Shown here piece by piece: positions 12,001 through 24,399 of a stretch of DNA of 64,000 bases. The translations under genes and the position numbers were made by a program. The notes under the pieces are model-generated. The model made no database searches. It had not been told where the DNA came from and saw only the letters and a list, made by a program, of their open reading frames with translations. Every line of letters starts with the position of its first letter. Position 1 is the first letter of the stretch. The DNA comes from Eledone cirrhosa (lineage: Eukaryota): positions 37,820,001 through 37,884,000 of the forward strand of contig OZ024752.1 in NCBI GenBank assembly GCA_964016885.1. Reading direction: 5' to 3'.

Positions 12001-15000
12001 GCCTATCGGACGCCCCTTCGCATAAGACGCTCCCTCTTTTTTTTATTATATTTTACATTATATTTTGATATTTATAGGCATCTTTATGGACCACGTCTAA
12101 TATTCGCGGGTGCTCTACGAACGTAACTCCAGCGAGTACCAGGGGACAACTGTATATATATATATTTATGCTTTGCGACCTTCACTGTCTTCAGCTGCAA
12201 GTATCTTAACCCATCGTACCCCTACGATAAGGCTCGGATCACTGCTTACCGTCGACCTTAATTACACTTAGAGCTTTATGTGCTTTATTAAACATTATAG
12301 TGGATTACTTCACTATAATTAATTCTATATATACAGTGTCCCCCAAAAATGTATACACACTTTGATTAGAATGCTGTTGAAGTGTGTATGCTTTTTTTTA
12401 GGACATCTTGTACATATATATAATAGTATAGTTATCTAAAATATGTTTTTGTTGCTACCATTGGTTTTCAATCCCACATGTGGCGTAGATTGTGCGATTG
12501 CACTTCCACATGCGTTATTTTCCTTCAGCTAACCATAAAACAAAGATGGCTGACATTATTTGCGGTGGATTGGCAGTATCGGTAGAGAGTCGAACGCCAT
12601 GCTTTCTAGCATAGTTACGTCCCTTTACGATTTGAGTTCAAATCCCGCCGAGGTTGACTTTGCCTTTCATCCTTACGGGGTCGATAAAATAAAGTACCAG
12701 TAATGCACTGGGTAATTGCTGGCCTTGTGCCTAAAGTAGAAACAATTATTTTCTGTTTTTATAATTCAGAGGGAATAAATCTTACCAAATATGTACTTAT
12801 TCAGCTTAGATTAAGGTGTGTCTGTGAGACATAGTATATGTATGTGTGTGTGTGTACAATTATATGTAAATGGAGGTGGTTTATATTCAAGTCATCATCA
12901 TACGGTAATTGCTATTTTCTTGGTCTATAGATTGAAGATTTGCAAATTAACCTGAGCCGACAAGAAAAAGAACACACTAGGCGAGAGGATTTGTTGAAAC
13001 GAGAAATTTCTGATTTGCAACAGGTTTGTCTCTCTTTTTACATATACTTGTTTTTTCTATTTACTAACTCCTGTGTTTATGGTTGTTGTTGTTGTTAAGC
13101 CCCAGGACAGCTTTGATCCTGTGTACCCATCATCTAAGGCATTCTAGCTGTTGTTGTTGGACCTCTGTTGCTTCCTGCAACACATGGTCCAGTTCTTTGA
13201 TTAATAGATACAGTCAACAATAGTCTTGGAATATGATTTATAGCTAACTATAATAGAAAAAGTCTCTTGAGGTAATTTTTAGAATAATTGTTATAATTTT
13301 ATTCATAGTTCAATTATATTTTAATAATTATTTTAGATATATTTTCAGGCAGTAATCTCAACAATGAATTCTTTATAACCACTTTCATGTAAATCATTTT
13401 ATATATTATAAGCATACAATCTTGTTCCCCAACTTGCAATTTTTCACATTAAAGACAACTTTTCTTTTCATTATCAAACCTATTAGAATTGTATCTTTAT
13501 TCTTCATTTTTCTTGCTATAACATGAGACATTTATTCAACTTTTCATTATAGAGATTGCAGGAAGATGAAGCTCGAAATCAAGATTTAACAATTTCTGTA
13601 ACCTCTGGTAAGGAATTTATTATAAAATATAAATTCTATCATTACTTTTTTTATATATATATTATTGTAGAGAGGGTAGCATCCATAACCATTTATGCAA
13701 GAGAAAAAAAAAAGCAGTTGCTTAACCCTTTAGCATTTAAACTGGCTGTATCCTGTCAGAATTCTCTCACCTCTTTCTTTTCAAATCAGCTGTAACTGGC
13801 CTCTCATACTGATGTTAAGGTATTATTCTCAAACTAAATAATATCAAAATCTCATAGATTCAGTATTATGTAATAAAGCCTTTATTACAAAAATACAATA
13901 GTAAATATAGAGTAATGTAAATGCTAAATTACGGCACCCATGGGACAGATGGTGGTGTTGAACCAGACATCTGGAATCTTGTAACAGAGAGGGCCATGCT
14001 AAAGCCACCCAAAGAGCAGGTGGTGGTGGTGGTGGTGGTAAACTGGACATCTGAAAGCTGATGGAATCATCGGGGAGCTGTAGTGGCATACTGCATTACT
14101 TAGGGCATTTTAAGCTTGGCAGAGCCCATCCCTCTCCTCGTAAAATGAGATTAGACAATTCGCAGTTTGAGACCCCAGATAAAACCAACACTTATTTATA
14201 TAACACAAAGTATGTATATCCCTTTAGACCCTTTTTTGGTCTCAAATGAATGTTTGAAAAGTTTAAATATTTGGTTAAGTTAAATACTGATATTTTGTTT
14301 CGTGTGTTTTATCATTTCTCACAAAATAAAACATTGAGGAAGAAAACTTGTATTTTTGGTTTAGTAGCTGAGAGAATTTCTAACAATACAGACATTTTTT
14401 CTTATACTTTTATTCATTATTATTTTTACATGTCTGATTCCGAATTGTTCTACAAATTTCCTTTTGTTTAAATTATTTCTATGTTTTATATTTGTAGCTA
14501 CTCGTCCTCTATTACGGCAGATAGAAAATCTGCAGTCGACATATGGTGCCCAGTCATTGCTGTGGGAGAAAGTAGAAAAAGCTTTTACAGAAAGAATCTG
14601 TAAGTTTTGAGAGTGGTTTTTGTTGTTGTTTCTTTTCATTTCACATTGCTCCTGTACACTCAGCTGAAAATGAGTACCAGCCATAGCTAGGGGTTTAACC
14701 CTGCGATGGACTGGCACCCTGTCCAAGGTGGGGTCTTGTACTCTGTTGCTTAATGCCATAAACACTGGGATCATGAACCTCCAGGCTCGAAACATACTTT
14801 AGACTTAAAAGGTTGCATCTCAAAGAAGGTTTCTTGAAGTTTTTAATAATAGTGACTCCCCAGTCCTATTATGTTACCATTTTTCCAATGAGGGAAAGCA
14901 GGAATTGTATTCTGGCCACCCAAAGCCAGAACAGATACTGTGAGATTATTTAATCCACTGCACTTGACTGTTGTTTTATTTATTGACCCTGAGAAGATGA

Positions 15001-18000
15001 AAAATAAGAGTGCAAAGAGCTAGCACAAACACTGCTGCATAGTATTTAATCTAACACCTTAGTGACTCTGCTCTCTTGCTGCCTTCTATGATACTCTTTT
15101 ACTCTTTTACCTGTTCCAGCCATCCGGTTGAGGCCATGATGGGGCACTGCCCTTCGTGGTAGTTTATTTAACTGAAATGCTAAATCAAACCTATTTCATG
15201 GACCTTTATTTTCTAACTACTACCAAGTACCAATGTAACTTTTTACATCGTCGGTAAACTAATTCCAATCTATTTTACTACAGTATAGTTTTATACTTCC
15301 ATTTATTTATTAATTTTAAAAATATAGAAGACTTGACTTCCCACGGGTACAAGCCCAAGCTGAAGCATATAGACAGTATGCCCCCAACCCCCTCCCATTG
15401 CAAAGTGGTCGTGGAGGTGTCACGACAAAAAAGCACCCAGTCCACTCTGTAAAGTGGTCATGTAGGCGCCACAGTAAAAAAGCACCCAGCACTCACTGTA
15501 AATGAGGTTGGTGTTAGACAGGGCTTCCAGCTGTAGAAATGAAGCCCAAATCAGTTCCCGTATGGGCAAGACATGGTCAGCCGACCTGGCATTGCCCACA
15601 GCAGGACAACCCATCTAACCCATGCTAGCGTGGAAGAATGGACGTAAAACGGTGATGATGATTTGTCCATTCGTCTCTATATTTTCATTGTAGCTGAAAT
15701 CCAGCAACAGTTAGCAGTGGCTGAGGAGAAGGAAAGCATTAACAGTGAGAAAATCTTGACGTTAACTTCAAAGATTAAAGGATTGGAAACACAAAATGCC
15801 AGTATGAGACAAGAAAAATGTCATCTTTCAACTCAATTAGAAATGGAAAAATCTAAAAGAGAAATGCTAGAAGACAGCCAGAACAAGTAAATATTAATTC
15901 AGTTTGTTTTGTTTTCTTTTTTTTTCAAAACAATTGATTTTCATCATCATCATCTTTATTACCACCATCATCATCATCGTTACCTTACCATCAACAACCT
16001 CATTGTTACCACCACCATCATCATTGCAACCACCACCATCATCGCCATTACCACCACCATCATCATCACCACCATCATCATCATTACCACCACCATATCG
16101 CCATTACCACCACCATCATCACCACCATCATCATCATCATCACCACCATCATCACCATTACGACCACCATCATCGCCATTACCACCACCACCACCATCAT
16201 CATCACCATCATTGCCTCTACGACTCCACAAGGTGTTACGGGATCTTTATCCCTTTATATAATAATAATAATAATAATGAAATTATTGTGTACAGTGCTC
16301 AGGTGCACTACAACTCATCAAAGGTGCACGTATAGTACATAGAATAATATACAAATGTCAGGAAAATGAACAGTGTATGAGTCATGATATACATGTGTAC
16401 GTATGTATGGAGGGGGAATATTTGGTGTAGTGTTGGCGAATCTCAGGAAGCATGGAGGTTTTAAAGGATGCAGTGTCTCAACAGCTAACAACTGATGCAG
16501 GTAGTTTGTTCCATGCTTCAGCAACTCTGAGCATGAAAAAATGTTTCAGAAAGTCATGAAAGCTATGCTGTTTTCTGATTTTGTGGGCATGCCCATGTGT
16601 GTTAGACACATGGAAATCAAAATTGTTCCATACAAGATGTTGACTTTTCTATTTCTATAAATTTCAGTGCTACATGCCAGTTGGCTGCTGTACGACAACA
16701 AATGTCCAGTGAGGTTATGGAATTGAAAAAAGAGAAGGTAAATATAATCTTAAAACAATGAATATATTGTTGGAGAATTGAGAAAAGTCATTTTTTTTAT
16801 TGCAGTCATCTCTAACGATGACCATCACCATAAAGAATTCTTTTAATTCTTGGCCCACTTATTCCTGTGAAGGTCGTGGGGGAAGAGTCCTCAAACACCT
16901 GTTTCCAGCAGGTTCTCTCAGAAGCAACCGTCTTCAACTGATCCAGCTGGATCCCCAAGCGAGACAAACAGACCTCAAGAATGCTATCCAAGCATCTTGC
17001 TTGAGCTCTATCCGTGGTTGGTTTTGTCCATAAAATTTGACCAGTGATTCTTTCCTGAAACATTCTAAAGAATTATTATTTTTCATATTTTAGTCCACCC
17101 TGTAAAGTGGTCATGCTGGTGACATGACGAAAAGCACCTAGTCCACTCCGCCGTAAGGTGCTCGAGTTAGTGACACGACAAAAAAAAACACCCAGTCCAC
17201 TCTGTAAGGTGATCATGCTGGTGACCTGATAAAAAAAACTACCCAGTCAACCTTGTATGGTGGTCGTGCTGGTGACATGACAAAAAGCACCCAGTTCACT
17301 CTGTTAGATGGTCGTTTTGGTTCCACAATAAAAAGCACCCAGTCGACACTGTAACATTGGTTGGGGTTAGGAAGAACATCCAGCTGTAGAAACCAAGCCA
17401 AAATACAGATCCGTATGAGCAAGATGTGGTCTCCTGACCCAAATTATCTCATAACATGATGGTCCATCTAACTCATGCAAGCATGGAAAATGAACATTAA
17501 ATAATTGGTTCTACTTTTGGCACAAGGCCAGTAATTATTCCAGTGCATTACTGGTACTTTATTTTGTCGGCCCCCGTAAGGATGAAAGGTAAAGTTAACC
17601 TCGGCGGGATTTGAACTTAGAGCGTAAAGGGCCGTGACTCTATGCTACAAAGCATGGCGTCCGACTCTCTACTGATACTGCCAATCCACCAATAATGATG
17701 CTGATGATGTTCAGATCTGATAAACAAAAACAAAATCACAACATTGTGATTCTGAAAGTCTAAAATCTATTCCAGTTCTTCAAAGACCTTTTATATATTT
17801 CTATTTTTCTATCTTTGCTTTTTTGTTAATTTCTGTTTTTATATTTAATTTTTAGGTTTATCTTGAAGCTCAACTGGAAATTGAAAAGACTAAACTAGAC
17901 AATGAGAGGAAAAAATTTCTCCAGTCCCTTGAACAAATAAAAGAACTGGTATGTTATTGACCCCTCTCTTCTAGTAATTTCTCCAACCTTTCCAAGATAT

Positions 18001-21000
18001 TGTCAAGTATATCATTAATTCATTGAACTACTGTGAACAGCTTATGTATTTTGATTTCAGGAGAAAAACTTTTACAGCCGAGGAAGTCCTTCACCCATAT
18101 CATCAAATCGTACAAGTCCCAATAACCCTATAGAGACCTCATCAATGACCAATTCTCTATCTGTCAGTGGCCTATCACAGGTAATACTTTCGTTGTTTTT
18201 ATGTCTGCTTTCCCATACTGTCATGGTTTGTCCTTACTAAGTTATAAGGATCGTAGTAGAGTACTTATTCCAATGACTTTCACCACTTAGCTGTGAGATA
18301 TAAACAAATGGCACCATATTTTATCTTATGTCAACATAAAGGCATATGTGGGGACAAACGCACTCATATATATGACGGGCTTCTGCTCAGTTTCTGTGTA
18401 CTAAATTTCACTCAATATGGTATTGGCCACCCTGGAGTTATAGTCTTAAAAAGGAATAACGCACTAGACAATGTAGTTTCTGATATACAAAAATACAGTA
18501 CTAACCTGGGGCTAAACAGCAGCTTAGCTTCTAACTTCACTCTTAACCTGAGAAGACATTTGTTTAAGGTGCTATGCAGTAAAACGTAACCCGAAACCAT
18601 GTGGTTGCAAAGCAGATGTTTTAACTACACAACTATGTACATATAGTTACAAGTTTAGAAAATAATTTAAATAAATTTGCATAACATTTTGTTAATAATC
18701 TTTCTTTGGTAAAGTTTAATTACCATATTTTCTGGAATATATGACAGACTGGTGTATAAGATACACCCTTTTGAAGAAAAAAGTTAATATGCAGTTACAC
18801 TTGTTCTTGGCTTGTGTATAGTATTATTTTACTGGTTTCAGTCATTAAACGTTGGTCATGCTGGGGTACCACCTTGTTTTAGCTGATCTTATCAACTACA
18901 GTAGTTTTTTTATTGATATCTTTTTGTTCAACCACTAAATTATGGGGCATAAACACTAGACAACTGAGGATAAGATAGGATAAACACAAACGTAAACATA
19001 GACACTTATATATATCATCATCATCATCATCATCATCATCATTTTATGTCCCCTTTTCCCTGCTTGCAAGAGTGGGACGGGAACTGATTCTGGCTTGATT
19101 TCTACAGCTGGATGCCCTTCCTAACACCAACCTCATTTACAGTGAGTGCTGGGTGCTTTTTTGCCGTGGCACCTCCACGACCACTTTGCAGTGGAATGAT
19201 AGGGACCCCAGTCCCTATCATCTCATTTCTACAGCTGAGTAAACTGGAGCAATGTGAAATAAAGTGTCTTACTCAAGGAAACAACACATCACCCGGTCTG
19301 AGAATTGAACTCACAACCTTTCGAGTGCAAGGCCAATGCTCTAACCACTAAGCCATGTGCCTCCATTTTGTTAAGACAGTAGGGTGTGATTTGAGAGAGA
19401 TTTTAATGTTATTTCTAGTAGTTTCGGCCAACCGCATCTCGAAAAATACTTTACTTACTCATTTGGTCAGCAACTAACTAAACACTGTCATTTTCAGGAT
19501 GATCTCGACAAAAGCTTATTGTTTGTAAACACATCAACAAGTGGAAATAAATCAAGCCTCTATGAACATTTACGTCAAGGAGGAGGGGGAGCTGCAAATT
19601 TACTTGAGAATTTACAGTCACAACTGAAGCAGAAAGAAGGGGAAATATCTCAGCTACAAGTAAGCAATTTTTATTTTCTCTCTCGTCATTCTGATTCCTT
19701 TTTAAAGTGTTTTGCTATTAATTTCTTTTGATTTTTCACTAAATAGCACTTTTATTTCTAATTTCGATATTTTTATAATATAATGAAACTTTTCATTAAT
19801 TAAGTTATTAAGAAATTAATTACCATCAATGATTTCATTACTATCACTGTTTTCACATCCACTTATCTACTGCTGAATACTCTTTTGACACCAATCTGTC
19901 CAGTGGGGAAGTCTTGTACTCTCAGTTGCTTAACACCTCCAAAACCAGGATAAGCACCGGTCTGATGAGCCATCCAGGCTCAAGACAGACTTTAACTCTG
20001 TGATGGACTGGTGTCCTGTCCAGAAGAGAGGGTCTTGAACTCTCAGTTGCTTAACACCTCCAAAACCAGGATAAGCACCAGTCTGATGAGCCATCCAGGC
20101 TCAAGACAGACTTTAACTCTGTGATGGACTGGTGTCCTGTCCAGAAGAGAGGGTCTTGGACTTTCAGTTGCTTAACGCCATGAAAACCAGGATAAGTACT
20201 GGCCTGATGAGCCTCTGGGCTCCAGACAGACTTTACATGTAATCCAATTCTCTAACGAGTCTACAATGTAAGTCATTTGTTGAATGTTAATGTACATACG
20301 GTTTTGTCTTGTTTTTTTCTCCCAATTTTAGGATGATATTAGTCAGCTAGAGAGAACCAGAGAATCAATGGCGAGAGAATTAGTTAATCTCTCAAACATG
20401 AATGATGACCTTCAAGAACAAGTCACAGAACTTCCAGAGATCAAAGAAAAGCATTCTGTAAGTAGAAAAGGTATTATTTAAGATAGTAAAATGTGAGTTG
20501 ACTGTTATTTCTAGAAAGTTGTACAAACATATAGAGGATTTCATATCATGTTGAGTTGCCATGTTGAAAATCAAAAAGACAGCAACCTGCCTGAGGTGGT
20601 CGAGCTGTTGCAGCAGGTGTCTCTGGCCATTCTCTATGGCAATACCTTCGCCATTCTGTCTGTAGGGCATGACCAAATCACCATCTTGACTGTGGGGTGT
20701 AGAGTCTTTAACACCCTCCTTTTCTTTGTTTTGGTAACTTTGAGAATGGAATAAGAAGGGTTCAACAGAGAATTTGTTATTCTGTTTGTGTTAAAACTTT
20801 TGATTCTAAACCACCTGAAACCCTGAAACTGCCCCTGGTTTTATGATACAAAACTGTTTGTTTTAAAGAGTTTATATTTATATAAAAATCTTCCATCATA
20901 ATTTTATGTAAGAACCTTTGTTAAGTTATGTTCCAGACACCCAACTTAATAGCAAGAAAGCTAGTTATGTTATTAAAACCTTCAAAATTCTTGGTTTATT

Positions 21001-22440
21001 TAAAAATCATAAGTTGTGCCACTGTAAAGTGGTCATGTCGGTGACATGACGAAAAGCACCCAGTCCACACTGTAGAGTGGTCATATAGGAGACATGGTAA
21101 AAAGGCTCCCAAGTCCACACTGTAAATGTGGTTGGTGTTTGGAAGGACATCCAGCCATAGAAAACGTGCCAGAGACAGTTCTGTACGAGCGAGATGCGGC
21201 CTCCCGACCAATCTCACCTCAAGTGGAACAAAACCGTCCAACTCATGCTAGCGTGGAAAATGGACGTTAAACGATGATAATGATGATGGCAACATCTTGT
21301 TTTTTTTTTTTTTATCAGGAATTGTATCAGCGTTATAACGCCCTATTACAAATGTATGGTGAAAAGGTTGAAGAAGCTGAAGAACTGCGCATGGATTTGC
21401 AGGATATTAAAAAGATGTACAAAGACCAAGTAAGAATATTCTTCTTTATTTTCTCCATTGTAGTATGAGTATCGTGTAGGTGTCACGACAATGAGATCGT
21501 GTAGGTGTCACGACAATGAGATCGTGTAGGTGTCACGACAAAAAAACACACAGTCCACGCTGTAATGTGACCGTGTAGGCAACACGGTAAAAACCTCCCA
21601 GCCCCACACTGTAAATGTGGTTGGTGTTAGGAAGGGCATCCAGCTGTAGAAAACCCGCCAGACAGTCCACGCTGTAATGTGGCCGTGTAGGCAACACGGT
21701 AAAAACCTCCCAGCCCCACACTGTAAATGTGGTTGGTGTTAGGAAGGGCATCCAGCTGTAGAAAACCCGCCAGACAGTCCTATGCGAGCAAGACAACCAC
21801 TCTTGCCTCAAGTGGGAAAATCCCCGTCCAAACCCATGCAAGCGTGGAATACGGACGCTAAACCTGATGATGATGATGATGATATATGTTCAGCTTGTTT
21901 ATATCTCCTCAAACAAACTCCTTACCATCATTGATAATTGAATCGTGTTTTCTGTGTGAATTTTAAAACAACATCCACACAATGAAAATGAGATGGCAAT
22001 GGTTCTTCTTCTTCTTCTTTACCCGCTTATTCCTGGGAGGGTCGTAGGAGTAGAGTCCTCATGTACTCCTTCCAGTGGGTCCTATCAGAAGCAACCGTCT
22101 CCAAATGATCTGGCTGGATCGCCAAGCAAGACAAGCCGACCTTATGGATATTATCCAACCATCTTACTCGGGCTCTACTCCTGGGTCTCCTGCTGGTTGG
22201 TTTTTTCCCCTAAAAACTGCTCAACATTCTATCCAACGCTCTAATAACTCTGCCAATTTATTGTCTTTAAAACCAGAATATACGCAGTTATAGTTATAAA
22301 ATTTACAGAAGTTGTTTTGTTGTTTTTTTTCTTGGCGGGTTGGAGGTTATTTTTTTTTTTTTTTTAATATATTAACTATTAATTATATTCTTGTTTTGTT
22401 TTTTTTTGTGTTTCAGATTGACCATCTTTTGGCTAAATGA
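2993..22440 (+). CDS. TMF1: TMF1 / ARA160 golgin, 5'-partial gene; 20 coding exons in window (1968 nt, 655 aa + stop)
   Basis: All introns are GT-AG and phases join without stops. Peptides EGEKLSKQQLQSNNIIKKLR (TMF DNA-binding region), ATRPLLRQIENLQ, and C-terminal LLQMYGEKVEEAEELRMDLQDIKKMYKDQID (TMF TATA/Rab6-binding domain) match TMF1 family motifs. N-terminal exons lie upstream of the window. Confidence 0.95.
3537..4160 (-). mobile_element. 5'-truncated RTE-clade LINE 3' end (ORF end + 3' UTR + (ATG)n tail)
   Basis: RRLRWYGHVMRM...RGVGRPKMTW typical of RTE C-terminus; continues into the 3' UTR shared with the SINE. Confidence 0.85.
4532..4649 (+). CDS. TMF1: TMF1 coding exon (QLQQSEE...TEEFTERLAESEKKVQTVIK)
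   Basis: ttttag| ... |gttggt, phase 2/0. Confidence 0.9.
4847..5179 (-). mobile_element. Full-length tRNA-derived CORE-type SINE (family A)
   Basis: Head tggcttagtggttagagc (A box)...gagttcaattctc (B box); CORE-like ttgagcaagacact...ctcagctgtagaaatg; RTE-derived 3' half. Confidence 0.85.
5485..5540 (+). CDS. TMF1: TMF1 coding exon (EKENLKKQLQKTMEENTQ)
   Basis: ttacag| ... |gtaaga, phase 0/2. Confidence 0.88.
6393..6466 (+). CDS. TMF1: TMF1 coding exon (RSLDSTYKELLEEKENQISELLQE)
   Basis: ttttag| ... |gtaaac, phase 2/1. Confidence 0.9.
6478..8405. repeat. ~60-bp minisatellite (~30 units) derived from a SINE/LINE 3' tail
   Basis: Constant atttaacatctattttccttgcttgcatgggtttgacaagctgtctt(g/t)t plus variable (ATC)n(AAC/ACC)n. 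Confidence 0.95.
9234..9330 (+). CDS. TMF1: TMF1 coding exon (GEKLSKQQLQSNNIIKKLRTKEKEND)
   Basis: tttcag| ... |gtaagt; conserved TMF motif. Confidence 0.95.
9961..10046 (+). CDS. TMF1: TMF1 coding exon (KKLEELKTELDDLKKVLDSNEDTEKKQH)
   Basis: ttccag| ... |gtatgt, phase 2/1. Confidence 0.9.
10430..10491 (+). CDS. TMF1: TMF1 coding exon (TISKLNAALLKQEKDVTKFK)
   Basis: acttag| ... |gtaaat, phase 1/0. Confidence 0.88.
10536..11078. repeat. Irregular minisatellite of TACAGTACAC(TG/CAACAC) modules filling a TMF1 intron
   Basis: Repeated tacagtacactg and tacagtacaccaacact units. Confidence 0.9.
11117..11181 (+). CDS. TMF1: TMF1 coding exon (IDLDESQEKGRGLQVALDNSY)
   Basis: ttttag| ... |gtaagt, phase 0/2. 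Confidence 0.9.
11275..11431 (+). CDS. TMF1: TMF1 coding exon (EIAELNKTNAARDSKVQEAVLS...ESLIIQ)
   Basis: tcctag| ... |gtaaga, phase 2/0. Confidence 0.9.
11637..11985 (+). mobile_element. Full-length SINE family A, nested in a Tigger/pogo-like MITE remnant (~11470-12153)
   Basis: Near-identical to the 4847, 19015, 52608 and 62705 copies; (ATG)n tail. Confidence 0.85.
12562..12750 (+). mobile_element. tRNA-derived SINE family B with (ATT)n tail; other copies ~1150-1312, 3163-3362, 5573-5780, 5927-6292 (two), 17502-17692, 39215-39370, 44322-44500, 57540-57665
   Basis: ggtggattggcagtatcggtagag...gagttcaaatcccgccgagg...gcctttcatccttacggggtcgataaaataaagtaccag recurring on both strands. Confidence 0.85.
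12931..13023 (+). CDS. TMF1: TMF1 coding exon (IEDLQINLSRQEKEHTRREDLLKREISDLQQ)
   Basis: ctatag| ... |gtttgt, phase 0/0. Confidence 0.92.
13553..13607 (+). CDS. TMF1: TMF1 coding exon (RLQEDEARNQDLTISVTS)
   Basis: ttatag| ... |gtaagg, phase 0/1. Confidence 0.92.
14498..14599 (+). CDS. TMF1: TMF1 coding exon (ATRPLLRQIENLQSTYGAQSLLWEKVEKAFTERI)
   Basis: ttgtag| ... |gtaagt; highly conserved TMF motif. Confidence 0.95.
15694..15886 (+). CDS. TMF1: TMF1 coding exon (EIQQQLAVAEEKE...EMLEDSQN)
   Basis: ttgtag| ... |gtaaat, phase 1/2. Confidence 0.92.
15941..16212. repeat. (CAT)/(CAC) compound microsatellite
   Basis: Direct reading; source of poly-His/Pro/Asp pseudo-ORFs. Confidence 0.95.
16259..16630 (-). 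mobile_element. CR1 LINE 3'-end fragment
   Basis: Reverse complement matches 54060-54420 including the (ATT)n tail. Confidence 0.8.
16668..16737 (+). CDS. TMF1: TMF1 coding exon (ATCQLAAVRQQMSSEVMELKKEK)
   Basis: tttcag| ... |gtaaat, phase 2/0. Confidence 0.87.
17856..17948 (+). CDS. TMF1: TMF1 coding exon (VYLEAQLEIEKTKLDNERKKFLQSLEQIKEL)
   Basis: ttttag| ... |gtatgt, phase 0/0. Confidence 0.9.
18061..18180 (+). CDS. TMF1: TMF1 coding exon (Ser/Pro-rich linker EKNFYSRGSPSPISS...GLSQ)
   Basis: tttcag| ... |gtaata, 120 nt, phase 0/0. Confidence 0.87.
19015..19365 (-). mobile_element. Full-length SINE family A
   Basis: Same sequence as the 11637 copy, inverted. Confidence 0.85.
19498..19659 (+). 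CDS. TMF1: TMF1 coding exon (DDLDKS...ANLLENLQSQLKQKEGEISQLQ)
   Basis: tttcag| ... |gtaagc; conserved ENLQSQLK.KEGE motif. Confidence 0.93.
19895..20236 (+). repeat. Three tandem ~122-bp copies of a SINE 3' segment; related single copy 14640-14800
   Basis: ctgtgatggactggtgtcctgtccag...ctctcagttgcttaac...ggataagcacc..tctgatgagcc...agacagacttta. Confidence 0.8.
20332..20457 (+). CDS. TMF1: TMF1 coding exon (DDISQLERTRESMARELVNLS...KEKHS)
   Basis: ttttag| ... |gtaagt, phase 0/0. Confidence 0.93.
21319..21429 (+). CDS. TMF1: TMF1 coding exon (ELYQRYNALLQMYGEKVEEAEELRMDLQDIKKMYKDQ)
   Basis: tatcag| ... |gtaaga; TMF C-terminal domain signature. Confidence 0.96.
22417..22440 (+). CDS. TMF1: TMF1 terminal coding exon (IDHLLAK*)
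   Basis: long T-rich tract + tttcag|, TGA stop; completes the QID.LL end typical of TMF1. Confidence 0.9.
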   Translation: MDHLLAK

Positions 22441-24399
22441 CTAGAACCGGGTTACACTTCACCGAAATTATTTACATGAAATGTTTTCTCCAAGAGTTGA
22501 TAGATATGATGCCGTATACACTTCGTTGAATAACTAACCAATATTTGGGAATATTGTTCTGATCTTTCAAATCTCCATTGTGGTCCACATTTTCAAATAT
22601 TGCTATTTAGAGCAAACAAAATGCTGTACATGTTGTATAAAGTCTATTGTTAAATAACATTATGTTACCATTTGGGTTGAGATGGAAATAAATGGGATAA
22701 AGAATTTTTTTTTTTTTTTTTTTTTTTTTTTTGTATCATCAATATATATAAAATTACGTTTTCATGATTTAGTGTGTGTATGTATGCACATATATATATG
22801 TATATATGTCATCGTTTTAACATCCGCTTGATGATATATATATATATAATCATCATTTTAACGTCCACTTGATATATATATATATGTGTATTTATATATA
22901 TATATATATAATCATCATCATCGTTTTAACATCTGCTTGATGATGATGATGATGATTACATATGGATGTGTGGGGGGTGTGAATGGAGCAAAAGAGTTGA
23001 CATGAACTAAAGAGGACCTGGCTATTTGTTGTATTTGCTAGTTCAGGGCCTCTAATTCTGAATTACTTGCCTTTCCTTTCAAGGTTTAGGTACCTGTTAT
23101 ATTCTGGGGTAATTCAATTGGCTATGGTTGTATCTTTGGTCTACATACACAAACACACACATGAAATACATACGGGAACACATACATACACATGAAACAC
23201 ATACGTGATCAGACACATACACACGCAAGTGAAACATACTAAACACATACTGAATATATTTACTATGAAAGGAAGTTTTCAGGAGTTGTTATAACTTATT
23301 CAAAGGATAATTTTATATTACATTACATTTATGGTTAAAAAACAATATTAAATCCAATAAACTGAGGAAGCACATTGGGAAAAATATTATCAATCATAAA
23401 TTGAGGAGTAATTTGAATTAAACAATTATTTTGTGAAACTTTCTCTGTTATAATTATTATTTTTATTTTTTATTATTATCAACTTAACTAATATATCTTT
23501 GATTTTGTTACTACAAACAGCTAAGAATTGCCTGTCAACATGCTGTTGACTCACTCATATTGTATGTCTTCTCCAGGCATAGATCTCCTCCGAAAATCGG
23601 AATGACAACAGCTTATCTGAGGAAGGAGCCATGCAAGGTGGGGTGTCTGTTGCAGCCAGTGTCACTGGCCATTGTCCACAGAAATGCCTTTGCCATTTTA
23701 TCTGTGGTGTGCAGCCGAAGCATTCCTCTGACCTAGGTGTAGAGTCAATCACCTTCTCGCCTTCCTTTGTCTAGTAGGCCTTGCTCTTTTCCATCCTTTC
23801 CTCTCGTTTATGGCAATTATAGTTCTTTCCAATGCTGCTTTCTTTTTCTGTATGTTTGACCAATTTATCAACAATACATTTATACACATTGTTAAAAAAA
23901 AATTCATTATCTACATGCAGGCTGGTAAAGATTAGAAAAGTATTACACTATTACTCCACAGAAAGTTGCTCTCCATTCAAAAGCTGGGTATATGTAAGAG
24001 GTTATTGTTTTGTTCTTTTACAATTGCCCATTTCCTCTCCAATTCATGCAAAATGGCTGACACCAATCTTCTCAGCTGGTTCACATGCTGTCAGGTGTGG
24101 ATGAGCTTCAACACAAGTGTACAAATGTTCAAGTATTACGTACTGGTTGTACAATATTAATTTAATAAAAAGACTGCATCAAAGTAGGAGAAATGAACTG
24201 GTTTAGACATGTAAATTAAATAGATGAGACAGGCATGTCATAGATACATATTGAGTGATAATATTGAAGGTAGCAGTAGACCAAAGCAGATTATGGTGAA
24301 AGTAAGTTAGATCTGTGTGGATCCCTGCCTTGAATCTCTGATGTTGTGAAGAGTCATTGTCTGGCCCCTGCTGGCAATAATGAACCCGTTGAAAAATTG

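Noticed and set aside
15904-16335. Poly-His/Pro/Asp ORFs
   Set aside because: (CAT)/(CAC) microsatellite inside a TMF1 intron; no splice or domain support.
19960-20235. CTGATGAGCC...GGCTC motifs as hammerheads
   Set aside because: No GAAA after the hairpin; part of a tandemly repeated SINE 3' segment.
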